From assembly GCF_009914755.1 (NCBI RefSeq), contig NC_060927.1: DNA of 64,000 bases. One strand, written 5' to 3'. A model generated the notes under the pieces. It was not told where the DNA came from, searched no databases, and saw only the letters and a program-made list of their open reading frames with translations. The position numbers and the translations under genes were made by a program. Source of the DNA: the human T2T-CHM13v2.0 reference genome, Homo sapiens. Positions 27,894-41,269 of the stretch are shown here, one piece after another (position 1 is the first letter of the stretch; each line of letters starts with the position of its first letter).

Positions 27894-27971
27894 TTAGGTT
27901 AGTGCAAAAGTAATAGTTGTTTTTGCAATACTTTTAACGGCAAAAACGCAGTAATTTTTGAACAAACCTAA
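27894..27971. mobile_element. MADE1 (Hsmar1-derived MITE)
   Basis: ttaggttagtgcaaaagtaat...aatttttgaacaaacctaa, ~80 bp, long inverted termini, flanked by TA on both sides. Confidence 0.9.
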
Positions 27972-28347
27972 TATAAAGATACTTTAATTGATTAATGGAG
28001 ATCACAATGTTTCTAAATAATTTTTCTTTGGGCACATAATAAAAAAAGTCTAATCACATTCTCAAACAATAATTGGAAGCTATTGGTTTTCATTGAATAA
28101 CTGAAATCGTATTATTTTGTCATTTTATAAATGTTACCTTCTTGATTTGAAACTCATTTAAATTTTTATTCTATGTCATTAAATTTTAAACATATCTTAG
28201 CCTTTTGATTATTGTTTACAAATTTGTTCTGCTTTCGCCATTTTACTCCAATTACTTTACTGTATGTATGGTTGTTACTATTATTATTTGCAACTGGCAT
28301 TCAAGTTTAAGGAATAAAAGAAAAACAAATATTTTGGTTGTAAAGCT

Positions 28348-28393
28348 CTGTGTGTGTGTGTGTGTGTATGTGTGTAACAGAGAGAGAGAGAGA
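28348..28393. repeat. (TG)n/(AG)n compound microsatellite
   Basis: Read directly. Confidence 0.9.
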
Positions 28394-28879
28394 AATATAT
28401 CAGTCTAGAACATCATTTCTTGAACAGCCTCTCTTTTTCTGGTCAATTTTATTCTTCTCTCTTTCTAATAATTGTTTTAATCTTGATCAATTAAATTATT
28501 TTTATTGTCTTTTAGAAACAATTTAATGTTTCTCAAGAATGTTTCTAAAGTATGATCATTGTTCTTTGATATAGTTGGATAAAATCTCAGCCCAACTTTT
28601 TTTCATAGCCAATGTTTTGTGACCTTTCATTCTTGTGTGTCTGTCATAATTGGTAAAATAATGCATACCATCTTTTCCTGGAAGCATTCATTTTATCAAA
28701 CCTAATTAGTGCATTCTCTGTGGTACTTTAGATACAGAAGAGAGCTCAATGTGTAAGTACCCCATTGCACATTTTTATCTCTGTGATAAAGTGCTCTTTA
28801 TGTGACTTCATGCGTTCCTGAAGTTTGTGTCTCTAGGTGCAATCCCAAAACAAATTCAAACATAGGGGAAAGGGAATAG

Positions 28880-29000
28880 TCATTTATTCAATGAACCAAT
28901 AGTTCTTGAGCATGTACCCTTTGCCTAGCAATATTCTAAACTCCAGAGATATATCAGTGAAAGAAATAGACAAAAACCAAGACTTCATGGAGCTTTGTCT
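28880..29000 (-). mobile_element. L2 3' end fragment
   Basis: catttattcaatgaaccaatagttcttgagcatgtacc...cagtgaaagaaatagacaaaaacc...tcatggagctt. Confidence 0.7.
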
Positions 29001-29005
29001 GTATG

Positions 29006-29205
29006 CCTTGATGTCCAGTAGAACTTTCTGTGATGATGAAAATACCCTACATATGCACATACTGTAGTTAGCCACTATGTGGTTATTGAACACTTAAGAT
29101 ATAATTAGTCTGACTAAAAAACAAACTTGCAATTGTATTTAATTTTACAAAATTTACCTTTGAATCACCACATGTGGCTAGTAGTTTCCGTGTGGCACAG
29201 CATGG
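29006..29205. mobile_element. MER3 (hAT-Charlie DNA transposon)
   Basis: tgtccagtagaactttctgtgatgatgaaaat...ccacatgtggctagtag...cacagcatgg. Confidence 0.85.
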
Positions 29206-30187
29206 TCCTATACTTTATGTATAAGCATTTTTAGGAGTTGAGTAGGGGAGAGGAAGTTGTATGAATATGATATAAGAGATTAAAATTGATAAGGGAGGAA
29301 GAAGTCAAAAGAGACCTCTTCCTTCAGACTTTATAGTCCATTGAAAGACTTAGAGGCTAGTTGAAGTGATTTTGAGAGCTATGAGATATATGAGTCCCTG
29401 AAATACATAATTAAGAACAAAATGGTCTTTTTACTGACAGGCAACCACGTTGATGTCACAGTTAATGCCTGAACACCAGTAAATGTCCACATACAGTAGA
29501 ATAATTACAAAAAGTCATTAATTAGGGCCTATTTACTGTTCCATTGTAAAAACTAATTGCCCGGAGTGAGACGTTCCCTCTTGATTCGTAGGTTTACACA
29601 GGCAAGGCCAAATCTGTAAAGGCTAATCTCTGTTTCCCAGGAAAAGTGCTTCAATTTTTGGTAACAGTTAACAGCCATATTTTGTGTTCTGGCCATGTGG
29701 GTCAGGCCTTACTGCTACAATAAGAACAGTACATTGAATTTTGGACAATAAACAGATGATCCACCGAAATACCACTTCTTTTATGAAGGTACAACTCTTT
29801 TTTTAAAAAAAGAAACTTCTATTTGTTATCTAATTGCTGCTTTTATTTTGGAAACTTCAGCCAAAAAGTAACATGGAATTATTGTGAAAAACATAATACC
29901 CTCTTTTGTTTAGGTTGCTGTGTGTTCACTACACGATTCAACAATTTTATCCACCTTAATTCAATTTTAAATTTTCTTTTGGGTGGTTTGGTTTCCATAG
30001 AATCCAGGCTGCAGTGACTTACTGGGGCCTTCAGTGTTGGGGACACATTAAAGCAGCTACATAGTTCACCAGCAAAGCTGGATGCTTTCCCTGATCTAGT
30101 TATAACTAATATACCCTTCCTCCAAGCTGCTAAAGCTTATTCTTTATTCCTCTTTTTAGCACTTGAAACAGTTTTCCTCTTAAATAA

Positions 30188-30523
<336 letters not shown>

Positions 30524-31050
30524 TGAACAACTTTAGAATTGGAACAGATATTACTCAACTTCAAATCTGTCCCAATCCAGGAATTAAATACAAGCTTATT
30601 GAATAAATACAGGAATCAAAGAACATTTGAATCTCCTAAATTTTGTATTTTTATTAAAAAATGGAAGCTTAAATAACAATTTTACATACTTTCACTCTCA
30701 TGAACATATTATAATGACTGTCAGTAGATTATAAAGAGCCCTAATTTCACAATTAAAAATGTCTTTCCCCTGAGAGCAGCAAGGAATATTATTCAATATT
30801 TTAGTGCTAAATGTTTAGTGTTTGTCAGCAATTTGTAATAGTGGGAGTGGAGATGGACATAAAATCCTTTGTTGGAGGGGAGACTTTAATCCACTTTTGA
30901 GAATAATTAACAAAACCATTATCTATCACTCCAATGTGTTGTGGTAATAAAAATGGAGGACATTATGTATCTATCTATCTATATTCATATATATATATAT
31001 ATACACACACATACATTTTTCTGATTGTTCTTGCTATACTGTACAGAGGG

Positions 31051-31082
<32 letters not shown>

Positions 31083-31362
31083 TTACAGAGTCTCACTCTG
31101 TTGCCCAGGCTGAAGTGCAGTGATGCAATCTCAGCTCCCTGCAATCTCTGCCTCCTGTGTTCAAGCAATTCTTATGCCTCAGCCTGCTGAGTAGCTGAGA
31201 TTACAGGCCCACATCACCACACCCAGCTATTTTTGTATTTTTAGTAGACACAGGGTTTTTCCATGTTGGCCAGGGTGGTCTCGAACTCCTGACCTCAAGT
31301 GATCCACCCGCCTTGACCTCCCAAAGAGCTGGGATTACAGGCATGAGCCACCATTCCCAGCC
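31051..31362 (-). mobile_element. AluS (Sz/Sx-like) with (TTTTG)n tail
   Basis: acagagtctcactctgttgcccaggctg...gacctcaagtgatccacccgcc...ccattcccagcc. Confidence 0.95.
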
Positions 31363-32208
31363 TGCTATGCTATACTTCTAATAAAAAGGGAAATCTGAAT
31401 GAATGTGAAAAGGGTTTTCTACATTTCCTAGACCACTTTTTTAAAAAATTCTTTTGAGTCCTCCAAGTAGTTGCCAAGAGTTGGATATATGAGAGATTTG
31501 CTCAGAGCTGCCTAAGGAGAGTAAGGCCTTTAGTGAAAGCTAAAGTAAATCCTGAATGTATGGTAACTAGAGATTGTTAGTTAAGTATATATTCACAGCA
31601 GGTCCTTTGTGTAAAGGAGGTCTGAATGACACTTTCCACAGCTACTACAACCTTCAACCACCCTAACAAGAGGAAGGGTAGATCTGCCATCCCAAAACAG
31701 TCCTACTTACAAAATCTTAGTAACTACCATTAAACAATTCCATGTTAAAACCATTCTGGATTAAAGGAAATTTAAGGGACATAACTTCAGCATGTTTAGA
31801 TGCTGGTTTTAACAAACAGTTTAAAATAAAAACAGCTAAAAATATTTGCTAGACAATTGGTAACATCTGAATATAGAGTATATATTCAATAAATTTAGGA
31901 AAATATTATTAACTTTTAGATGAGTTAATATTATAGTTAAACAGGGAATATTTATGTTTATTGTAAATGTGTACTGTAATTTTTGAGGCCAAAATGCCAT
32001 GATAACATTAGTCATCAATAGATCAGCCAAAAATGTAACAAATTAAGTCCAAATGTTAACAGTTGTTAAATAAAAGTTATCAGTACAGATTTGGTTATTA
32101 AATATTGTGCCTAATGCAGTGTATGTTTGGATACTTCAAAATAAGGATTTTAAAGAAAAATGAAAGCAAAAATATTTCAACCCAAAGAAGAGGCATAACA
32201 AGTAATAA

Positions 32209-32486
32209 TTTTTTCTTCAACTTTTAAGTTCTGAGGTACATGTGCAGGATGTGCAGGTTTGTTACATAGGTAAATATGTGCCATGGTGTTTTGCTGCACA
32301 GATCAACCCATCACCCAGGTATCAGGCCCAGCACCCATTAGCTATTCTTCCTGGTGCCCTCCCACCCCCTCACCCCCACCACAGGCCCCAGAAAGTGTTG
32401 TTCCCCCTAATGTGTCCATGTGTTTTCATCCTTCAGCTCCCACTTAGAACATGAGGTGTTTGGTTTTCTGTTTCTGTGTTAGTTTG
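32209..32486 (-). mobile_element. L1PA (PA10-13-like) 3' end
   Basis: gtacatgtgcaggatgtgcaggtttgttacataggtaaa...tttggttttctgtttctgtgttagtttg. Confidence 0.92.
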
Positions 32487-34439
32487 AATAAAGGTAAATT
32501 GTACTGCTCTTGATTCTCAGCAAAATTCAAATAAAGAAATTCGGAACCTGTGGATGAAACCATTTTAAATGTTAATTTTTATTTCAAAAAGAGAATCTTT
32601 GTGAAATAGGCATTAATTACTGTTATAGAGTGGTCGACAGAATAACAGTTCCTGTGTTTCCAGATTTATGTATTGCAGAAGTTATAATCTGTGCTTAGTT
32701 TTAATATTAACATTTTCCTGCTTAGCATAAACACTCAAAACATATGACTAAGGTAAACTATTTAGAAAGTTTTACAATAGATTACATAGTAAGAGAATTA
32801 TGTAATTCTCTTACTAAATTATGTAATTCTCTAACTAAAAAAGATGCTATTTTAATCGAAAGTTAGCATTGTGGTTACAGAGTGGCTTTCTACTAACAGG
32901 TTTACATACGTATCATATTAAAAACATCATCGTTTTCATCCAAATTAATGCTTTCAGTAAAAGGTCTGAATTTACAAGCACAGTTTGAGATGACTGAAAA
33001 ATGCCGATCATATATAGGAAAATACACAAAGTTGTCTGAGATTCTACAGGGAAATTAATGTGGCCAATAACAAAACAGTTTTATTCCCGATGTGGTTTTT
33101 TTGCAGAAGTAGTTTGTGTACCACGAGTAAAGGGATTTTGTTCAGGCACCCTGCTCAGAATGATGAAGCTAAATGATCAGTCCCACATCTAATAACTAAG
33201 TTGAATTTTCTCTTCCAAGTAACATAACAGATTTTCAATAGTAGCCATGTTTCAAGCTTTGCAGAAATCCTAAATACCATTTGAATTGATAAAGATGTAA
33301 CTATTTATTGATAATACAAAATATCTATTTTATGTTATCTTGGTTATTATTCTTTGCTATGCTCAACTCAACTCTGCTTATATGTAATAGATCCATATCC
33401 CTTATGTAGTGTAACCTAGTAATCAAATACTCACTAGTACTTCAGTGCCTACCAAACACTATTTTTCCCCTCCGCTGGCAGAAACAAGTACGAGTGCAAT
33501 ATATTTATTCATTTATTCATTCTCTCAGTCATTAATACATTCTTTCAACATTTCAATATTATGCTATATTCTAATAATCTAAAAATAATCAAGGCACCCT
33601 TATGGAGTTACATAAGGAGAAGACAAACTATTGATTTTTAATACAAAAAAAAAAGCACTATTATAGAGGTAGGCTGAGGCCCTCACCTGTTGCATTTCCC
33701 CAATTATAGGACCACCTCTCCCTGCCAAGAAATTCCATACTTTTAGATCCAAGCTTCCTGGCGTCTAAGCCATTTGTTATTATTTTTTCCGGGTCATTGC
33801 ATCGAAACCATGTTCAAGGTTGGTAGGTCCATGCTACAAAAATAAAAATCAAAATGCCCATGTTGATTTTTATTCCTTTTAATTCTGGCTTCCTTGATTT
33901 TGTACAAGGTCTCTTCTGCTCACTTTCTATTCCTCCTGAAGGGATACCAATAATAGCAAATTTTCATGTACCTTAACTTGCTGTATAATGTTCTGTGCAT
34001 GGAGGATGTGTTCTAGCCCATCTTCTCATTATCATTTCCTCTCGTCCCTCACACTCATTTCTAATCAAGGCAATATTCTCTTTTCAGAGAATATTTGCTT
34101 TATATGTGTCCATATTCAAGGAAACTAGAAACTTTGTACAATACACTAATGTCTACTGTAACTTTGAACAAAGAACTCAAGAAAGGCAAGGAGACTAAAG
34201 CTCCTTCATAATAATATAAGAGTGGAGTGACAGATGTTTGGATTATTAACCATTTCCCAGCACTGTACATAGAATTATGGTAAGAGAAAGGACAGACAAC
34301 TTTTAACGCTTTTTGATAAATTCAGGTAAGGCTCTTCCTAGAATCTAAGGAGGAGTACATCTACTTGTACAGCAAAGGATATTTCTAGAAAATAAAATGA
34401 CTTTTTCTTGTAAAGAAAGACAAAAAGTGTTCTGTATTG

Positions 34440-34680
34440 AGAATGGCACATGATATATTATTGTTGAAATATGACTTTTGTTGGAGAGTTTTAGGAAATT
34501 AATCCAGACAAGTGGCAAGTACCAGCTAATGAAGGACATTGTACCAAGCAAATAAATTTAGATTTTAAGTTATGTATGAGGATGTGCCATAAATAATTTT
34601 AAGCAGAAAATAACATGATTTAAATTGGAATTTAGAAAGATCATCCTTACTCAATAGTAAAGGATGAATAGATAGTTCAG
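34440..34680 (-). mobile_element. L2 fragment
   Basis: ttttaagcagaaaataacatgatttaaattggaatttagaaagatcatcctt. Confidence 0.55.
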
Positions 34681-36275
34681 AATCTATGAAGATAAAAGTA
34701 CCTAGCATAGAGATTAATAAAATCTGGAAACATATGATTTATTTTATTTTTACTCTCACAATGTCTCTATTAGACAGAAATATACAGACATGAGTTATGC
34801 ATATCCCAATAGAAAAGAACAGCCACAACAAAACCAGTGAAATGGTGGTAGATGATTTTTTAAATGTGTTTGTTTCATAGTAATTTTCCAGCAAATCTAG
34901 CATGCTGAATTTAGGCTTTATCCATAGCACATATCCAGGCAAATATCTGTGTCCCATTCCTGTCAGGTATCTCACCAGCAATCTGACAGCAGCAACCCAA
35001 CTGAGGATCAAAGATATGCACTCAATCTTTTATTCTAAGAGATTTCAATTCTTAATACATCCTTAAAGTTTTCTTTAATAAATATAATAAAGTATAATTT
35101 GTAGGTAAGACACATTTTATCTTTATTTTTGCTTTTCATTATCTACTTTACTTACCTATTTAGTTGTTTTCATGGCTGCATGGCTGGTCTAATTCCACAA
35201 CATATGGGAAAAACTCAACAGCAAGAAATGTATAAAATTAACTCTAAATTTAAAGTCAAAATGGGCATTGAGATATGTCAGCGCTGTAAGATGAAAGGAA
35301 TCACAGTATGCAAATACATAAGACCAAAACCTCAACACACCTGCTAGAATTGATCCACACTTTGGATCTTAGCTCCCTGTTGATCAAACAGGAAGAAAAA
35401 TACTGCCAGTTACAAAAATGTTCATTGTCAATGGACCACACTCCAGCGTCTCAGGTAAACAAAGCTTTTCTTACTACATGGCTCTAAAGTTAACTTCTCT
35501 TATACAGCTAGCATTAGACATTGCTTAAGACATTTGTTGGCTTTTGATAAATCACTATGATTTTATTTTCAGTTTATAACATTAAATAATGATATTCCTG
35601 GCAAACTCTTCTGAGAGAAGCTAAATTACATGTTAAAGGGCAAATGTTTAGTCTATAGTAGTTAAATAACTCTTTATTTTGCAAGGCGAGGTAGAGATTA
35701 TGAAATTAGTATCACTTGGATCACCAGTCTATATATATTATATTCTACCCCAGTAACGTACAATCAATAAAGATTTATTGACCAACAACAATTTTTTAAA
35801 TGTTATACTAAAAAAATTGCTTTTCAGATATTTTAATAAATTATTATACAAATAAAACTGAGCATGATAACTTTATTAAGGCTTTTGTTACTATCAATAA
35901 GAGACATCACATATGACCACAAAAACATCATAAAAAGAAAAATTGGTTCAAACAGGTGCGAATGAGAGTATAAGTTTTTACATTTTCTCCATGCAAACAA
36001 TCCCTTTTTAATCTTGCATAATGGTAATATTGCTAAGATAAAAATAACCAATGCTCTTTAGGAATTGCAAACAAAACAATAAGCAATGTAAAACAAAGGA
36101 AGTAATAAATGTAAAGATTTCTAGATAAAGAAAAATCAGTGAGAAGCCACTTGTCATCTGAAGATACAGAAGGTAGGTATTGATTTATCGAAGGGTTAAA
36201 TAAATTTAAAAGAGGTTTAAAGACAATAACAAGTAAACATATAGATGATAGTTCTATAGCCATCACTAAATGAAA

Positions 36276-36532
36276 TGAAGAAAGAAGGAAGGAAGGAAAC
36301 AATGAGAGAGTGAGAGAGAGACACGAAGGATGGAAAAAAGGAAGGAAGGAAGGAAGGGAGGGAGAATGAGGAAGGAAGGAAGGAAGAAAGGAAGGAAGGG
36401 AGGGAGGGAGGAAGGAAGGAATAAAGAAGGGAGGAAGAAAGAAAAAGAAAGGGAGAAGGGAAGAAGGAAGGAAAGAAAGAGAAAGGGGGGGAATAAGTGA
36501 GGAAAAAAAGAAAAAGGAAGAGAAAGAAAGAA
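36276..36532. repeat. GA-rich low-complexity tract (GGAA/GAAA/GGGA)
   Basis: Nearly pure purine on the + strand. Confidence 0.95.
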
Positions 36533-36930
36533 TATAGAGCATTTATAGAAACATACTGCAATAGATTATCTGAGCAGAACACCTGTAATCAAAACAGCGA
36601 AGATAAGAACATACTTTTAAAACTGTGTATTTCCTAATTGTATAGAATTTTACAGCATCTTTGATGAACATCCAGCAAAAGGGCAGGTCAGGCAGTTTTG
36701 CTGAAAATATAGAAAAACTTATTCTGGTTATCTCTTTAAGAATATTTAATTGTACATACAACATAATGTAACATTTTCTCAACATTCATTCACAGATTGA
36801 CTGTAAATTACCTTAATCTTTATGCAGACTAAAAGAACACTGTCATACACTCATAAGTGCATTTGCCTAGAACTTTTCAGCTTCTCTCATGAGTAGTTTA
36901 ACAGGCATGAAAATTTGTAATTGAAATACT

Positions 36931-37021
36931 AAAAAGGAAAGAAAGAAAAAGAGAAGAAAGAAAAAGAGAAAGAAAGAAAGAAAGAAGGAAGGAAGGAAGG
37001 AAGGAAGGAAGGAAGGAAGGA

Positions 37022-37081
<60 letters not shown>

Positions 37082-37117
37082 AAAAGGGAGGGAGGGAGGC
37101 AAGGAAGGAAAGGGAAA
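36931..37117. repeat. Compound (GAAA)n-(GGAA)9-(AAAG)15 microsatellite
   Basis: GGAA x9 at 36987-37022 and AAAG x15 at 37021-37080. Confidence 0.96.
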
Positions 37118-38445
37118 TAAGAATACAGAGCACAGAAATAAAATGAAAGGATCTATTAACATGCATTATTCTTGTGAGTATGTTGACTGGAGAGAAGAAA
37201 CAGGGCAAGCATTTAAGAAAAACTAAAACTGTTCGTAATCCTTTAGTGTGTGTGATATGATCTCATTTATATAAAATTATAAGCATGTGGGTATGCATAG
37301 AGAAAATAGGAAAGTGTATGCATTAAATACTGATGTTTTAAATCAGCACTGAGAAAGCAGAAGCACATCCAAGACTAGCATCATGGCACTGGGGTTGGTG
37401 AAGACAGGGCCATAAGATTGGCCTTTTCCTTATACAGTTTAATTCGTTTTATGTCTTTCCTGTGTGTTACTTTTGCAACATAAAAGCTTTAAATAAAAAA
37501 TAATTTAATAAGCCATACCATTGAGATATCTTGACCATAAAGTCACTTCTTATAAAACACTTTGACAGAACCACACAAATTTAAATAGTAAAGAATAGTC
37601 CATGACTAAAAAATTAATAATAGTTTCAGGAAGAAAATTAGTAATTATTTATAAGAACTTAATGCTACATAAAAATTATCATATTAATTTCTACACCAGA
37701 ACAACTATCAGACTGAATTAATGGTGTGACTTAATCACACAAAGAAGAGGGTCTTTTTAATATTGCCTTGTACTTAGAAAATCATCACTTAACCAGAAGC
37801 ATGATTTCAAAATATGCAAAAAATAAATGAATCGAGAATCATTGGTAAAAAGGTATGTATGTATATATATATACACACAGATACAGCTTTTGTCATACAC
37901 ATACAAAATGTATAATCTTGTTGATACAATAAAATAATAATCAAATTTCCCATCTCTAAATGAACAATATAAAATATCAGCAAAACACTCAAGCTGGTGG
38001 ATCTAACTCTGGTATATGCCATTGTAGAAAAATGTAGATATTTCAAACTTGTGTATGGTCCCTAACAATAAATAATCAGTATTTCAGAGTAAAAGAATGT
38101 GTCTGAAATTTTCTGTAGATTCTTCTTAATGGTCTTGTGTCAGTTGTTGAGAAACTCATATGTTCCACCTTTTTGCAGGTTTGTGTGTATGTGTGTGCAT
38201 ATACATAGAAAGAGTATAGGGAGACATGTTTTGAATTTGCCATAGAAGCTAAATTTTTCTCTGCACATAACCTTGCAGACGATACTTACTAGAGATGCAT
38301 CTGAGCGAACACCCAAGGCAGCTGACAAGCACATCTGCCCTTCTGTCCAAAAACTCTTTGAAGGGTTAACTCATGTTGATGCTTCTTCCCACCTGGTAGC
38401 ATGGTATTTAAGGTTAATGGCAATAGTGCTGGTCATCTGAATTGA

Positions 38446-38446
<1 letters not shown>

Positions 38447-38483
<37 letters not shown>
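38447..38483. repeat. Poly(A)37 mononucleotide tract
   Basis: Read directly. Confidence 0.97.
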
Positions 38484-38485
<2 letters not shown>

Positions 38486-38914
38486 AGTGTAGTGGAAATA
38501 CTAGCGATCTAAAACCAAAAAACGTGGTACTGTCAGTAATTCCCTCTTTGTCTTTGGCTCAGCCGATTAACCTCCCTGGACCTCACTTCCTTTGCTGTAC
38601 AGCAAAAGCTTTGTAATTTAGCAATATTTTACTGACTGAGTTTTAATTTAAAGAAAAACTGGGTCTCTCAAGATGTTACTGGCAGTACAATGGCAAATCA
38701 ACTTAGAAATTGTTGCTAATCTGATGAGCATGATGGTAGTAAATCTGTGGAGTCATGCCTTAGATAAATCAGTTTAAACAGCTCAATTCCAAATATCTAA
38801 AACATTCAGACAATTTTTTAAAATTTGTGCTCATAAATTTTGAGATTTTACAGAATTCAATTTGGGAAATAAGGTGCTAAATTATATCTAATGTTCCCTC
38901 CAAGCATAAAATCA

Positions 38915-39864
38915 TAGTCATTTCTCAAAACAGTCATACCAATGCTCACCAGATACATGAAAAAGTACTTAACATCACTAATCATCAGGAAAGTATAAAT
39001 TAAAGCCACAAAAAGATCTACCTCCACACTTGTTAAAATAGCCATTAACAAAAAGACAAAAGATAGCAGTTGGTGAATATATGGAGAGAAGAGAACACTT
39101 GTACACTGATGATAGGGATGTAAATTTGTACAGCCAATTTGGGAAACAGTGTGGAAGTTCATCAAAACATTAAAACAGAATCATTATAGGACCCAGCAAT
39201 CTGACTTCTGGGTCATATCCAAAGAAAATGTAATCATTATGTCAAAGAGATGGCACTCCCATGTTCATTGCAGCATTATTCACAGTAGCCAAGATATGGG
39301 ATCAACCTAAGTGCCTATCAGCAAAAGGATGGTTAAAGAAAATACTGTATATGTGCAATAGAATAGCATTTAGCTTTAACAATGAAAGGAATTCTACCAT
39401 GAATGACATTATGGATGAATCCAAAAAACACTGGTAAGTGAAATAAGCCAGATACAGAAAGACAAATAAATGCATGATCTCACTTACATGTGGAATCTAA
39501 AATGTCAAGCTCATAGAAGCAGAGGGTAGAATAGTGGTTGCCAGGGTCTAGGAAAGACTGGGAGATTGAGAGAAGTTGGTCAAAGTGTACAAAGTTTTAG
39601 TTAGGATGAATAAATTCTGCAGCTCTATTGTACAGCATAGTAACTATAGTTAATAATTACATACTTTATACTTGGAAATTGCTAAGAGAATAGATGTTAA
39701 ACATTTTGACGGCAAAAACAAAAAAATGTTAAGTATGTGAGAGGACGCATATGTTGACTAGCTTGATTTAAACATTTCACAATGTATATTTATATCAAAA
39801 CACCATGTTGTATAAGTTATACAATCTTTATCAATTATACCCTTATAAAATAAAAAATTAAAAT
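38915..39864 (+). mobile_element. 5'-truncated L1MA (MA6-9-like): ORF2 end plus 3' UTR
   Basis: acatcactaatcatcaggaaag...gacccagcaatc...tatcaaaacaccatgttgtata...A-rich tail. Confidence 0.92.
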
Positions 39865-41269
39865 AATATTTGCCTAGAATATTTAATAATGATTACAAAA
39901 ATATAACAAAATATATAAAAATGTTGGAAAACTGAGCAAAATAAAAACAAAATTATAGTTTAAACATTTTGAATATTTGGAATTAAATAATTTTAACTGG
40001 TTTACCTAAATAGATTATGCAAACTAAGTAGAATAGTTATCACTATTATTTTTCATCCCAAACTTGACACAGTGTTTCATATCTAGCTGTACTCTGGCAT
40101 GACACAGACTAAGCAAGATGACACCTTGTCATTCATAAAACAAAAAAGAAAAGAAGAGTTTTCTCCCTGAAACTTTTTTCAAAATGCATATTTATTATCT
40201 GTTTGACTCTATTGCTGACAATTATTAGAACTATAGTTGATATTTCTCACCCATCCAACTGAAAATCATAAAAAGATTGTTTTCTATAAATTGTTCCAAC
40301 ACAGTGTTCACAGGTACTGAATATTTAAGAGTCCAAAATTAATTATTTTCCTGCCCTCTTGAAATATGCCTGATCCCAGAAGATACTGCCATAAAAAGAA
40401 CTTACTTAATTTATACCAACTTTAAAATAACCTGGCTGTGGCAAAGCATGACCAGACTGCTGCCCGCAGTCACAGTCTTACATTCAGCTTACGTTTAATG
40501 AACTACTTTGCTTACATAATGAGTATCTCTCAGCTTCCCTGGACCTGTCCTTTCTTGAACAGTTTCCAAAGCTTTGAGAGTTTAAGCAAAGAAATAGTAT
40601 GAGGTAGAAAAAATAAATGGTTCCTGATAATTGCTACCTTCGGCACCAAACAGAGGGAATGGTAGACATCAGTGAGCTGACTCTACCTCTGCAGAACATA
40701 TGCTCACCCAGAGTCAAAGGCAGCACGCAACACCTCTTCAGTGTACACGTTTTTCTTCTGTTTTCTGCTCTGTTAATTTTTTATTTAAATGCAGAGATCT
40801 GACTGGAACATCAAAGAATTGCTTTCCATGGAGTGGATATCCAATTATGATGACAATAGTCAGCAAAGAAAAATTAATTTCATGTGAAAAGTGACAAAGC
40901 TCAAACAAAATATGACCTTGAATACAGATGCATTCATACTGGGAAAAGAAACTGCCCTTTCTTCTCAGTCACTCACAAGTTAGCTGAGTTACATAGGGAA
41001 TGTGATGGCTAGTATGTTTATTTTCAATTTTCAACATTTTAAAAACATACGAGTACATTATTTTCCACACCAAACCTGAACTTTTTCATCAAAATGTAAT
41101 AATATAAGATGGTATTAGACTCCTTGGCCACACTGGATATTCCTCATGTCATCTCAAGCCTTTTTAGTTAGGGAACAGAAAACACTTCATTGTGAGGAAA
41201 ATGCAAACACAACTTCTAGAAAAAGAAAGAAAGCTGATGCATATGTAGACAGGCAGTGTTGGGGGAGGA

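Noticed and set aside
36033-37208. Long F/L/S/P-rich ORFs resembling membrane proteins
   Set aside because: Artefact of translating stop-free pyrimidine microsatellites.
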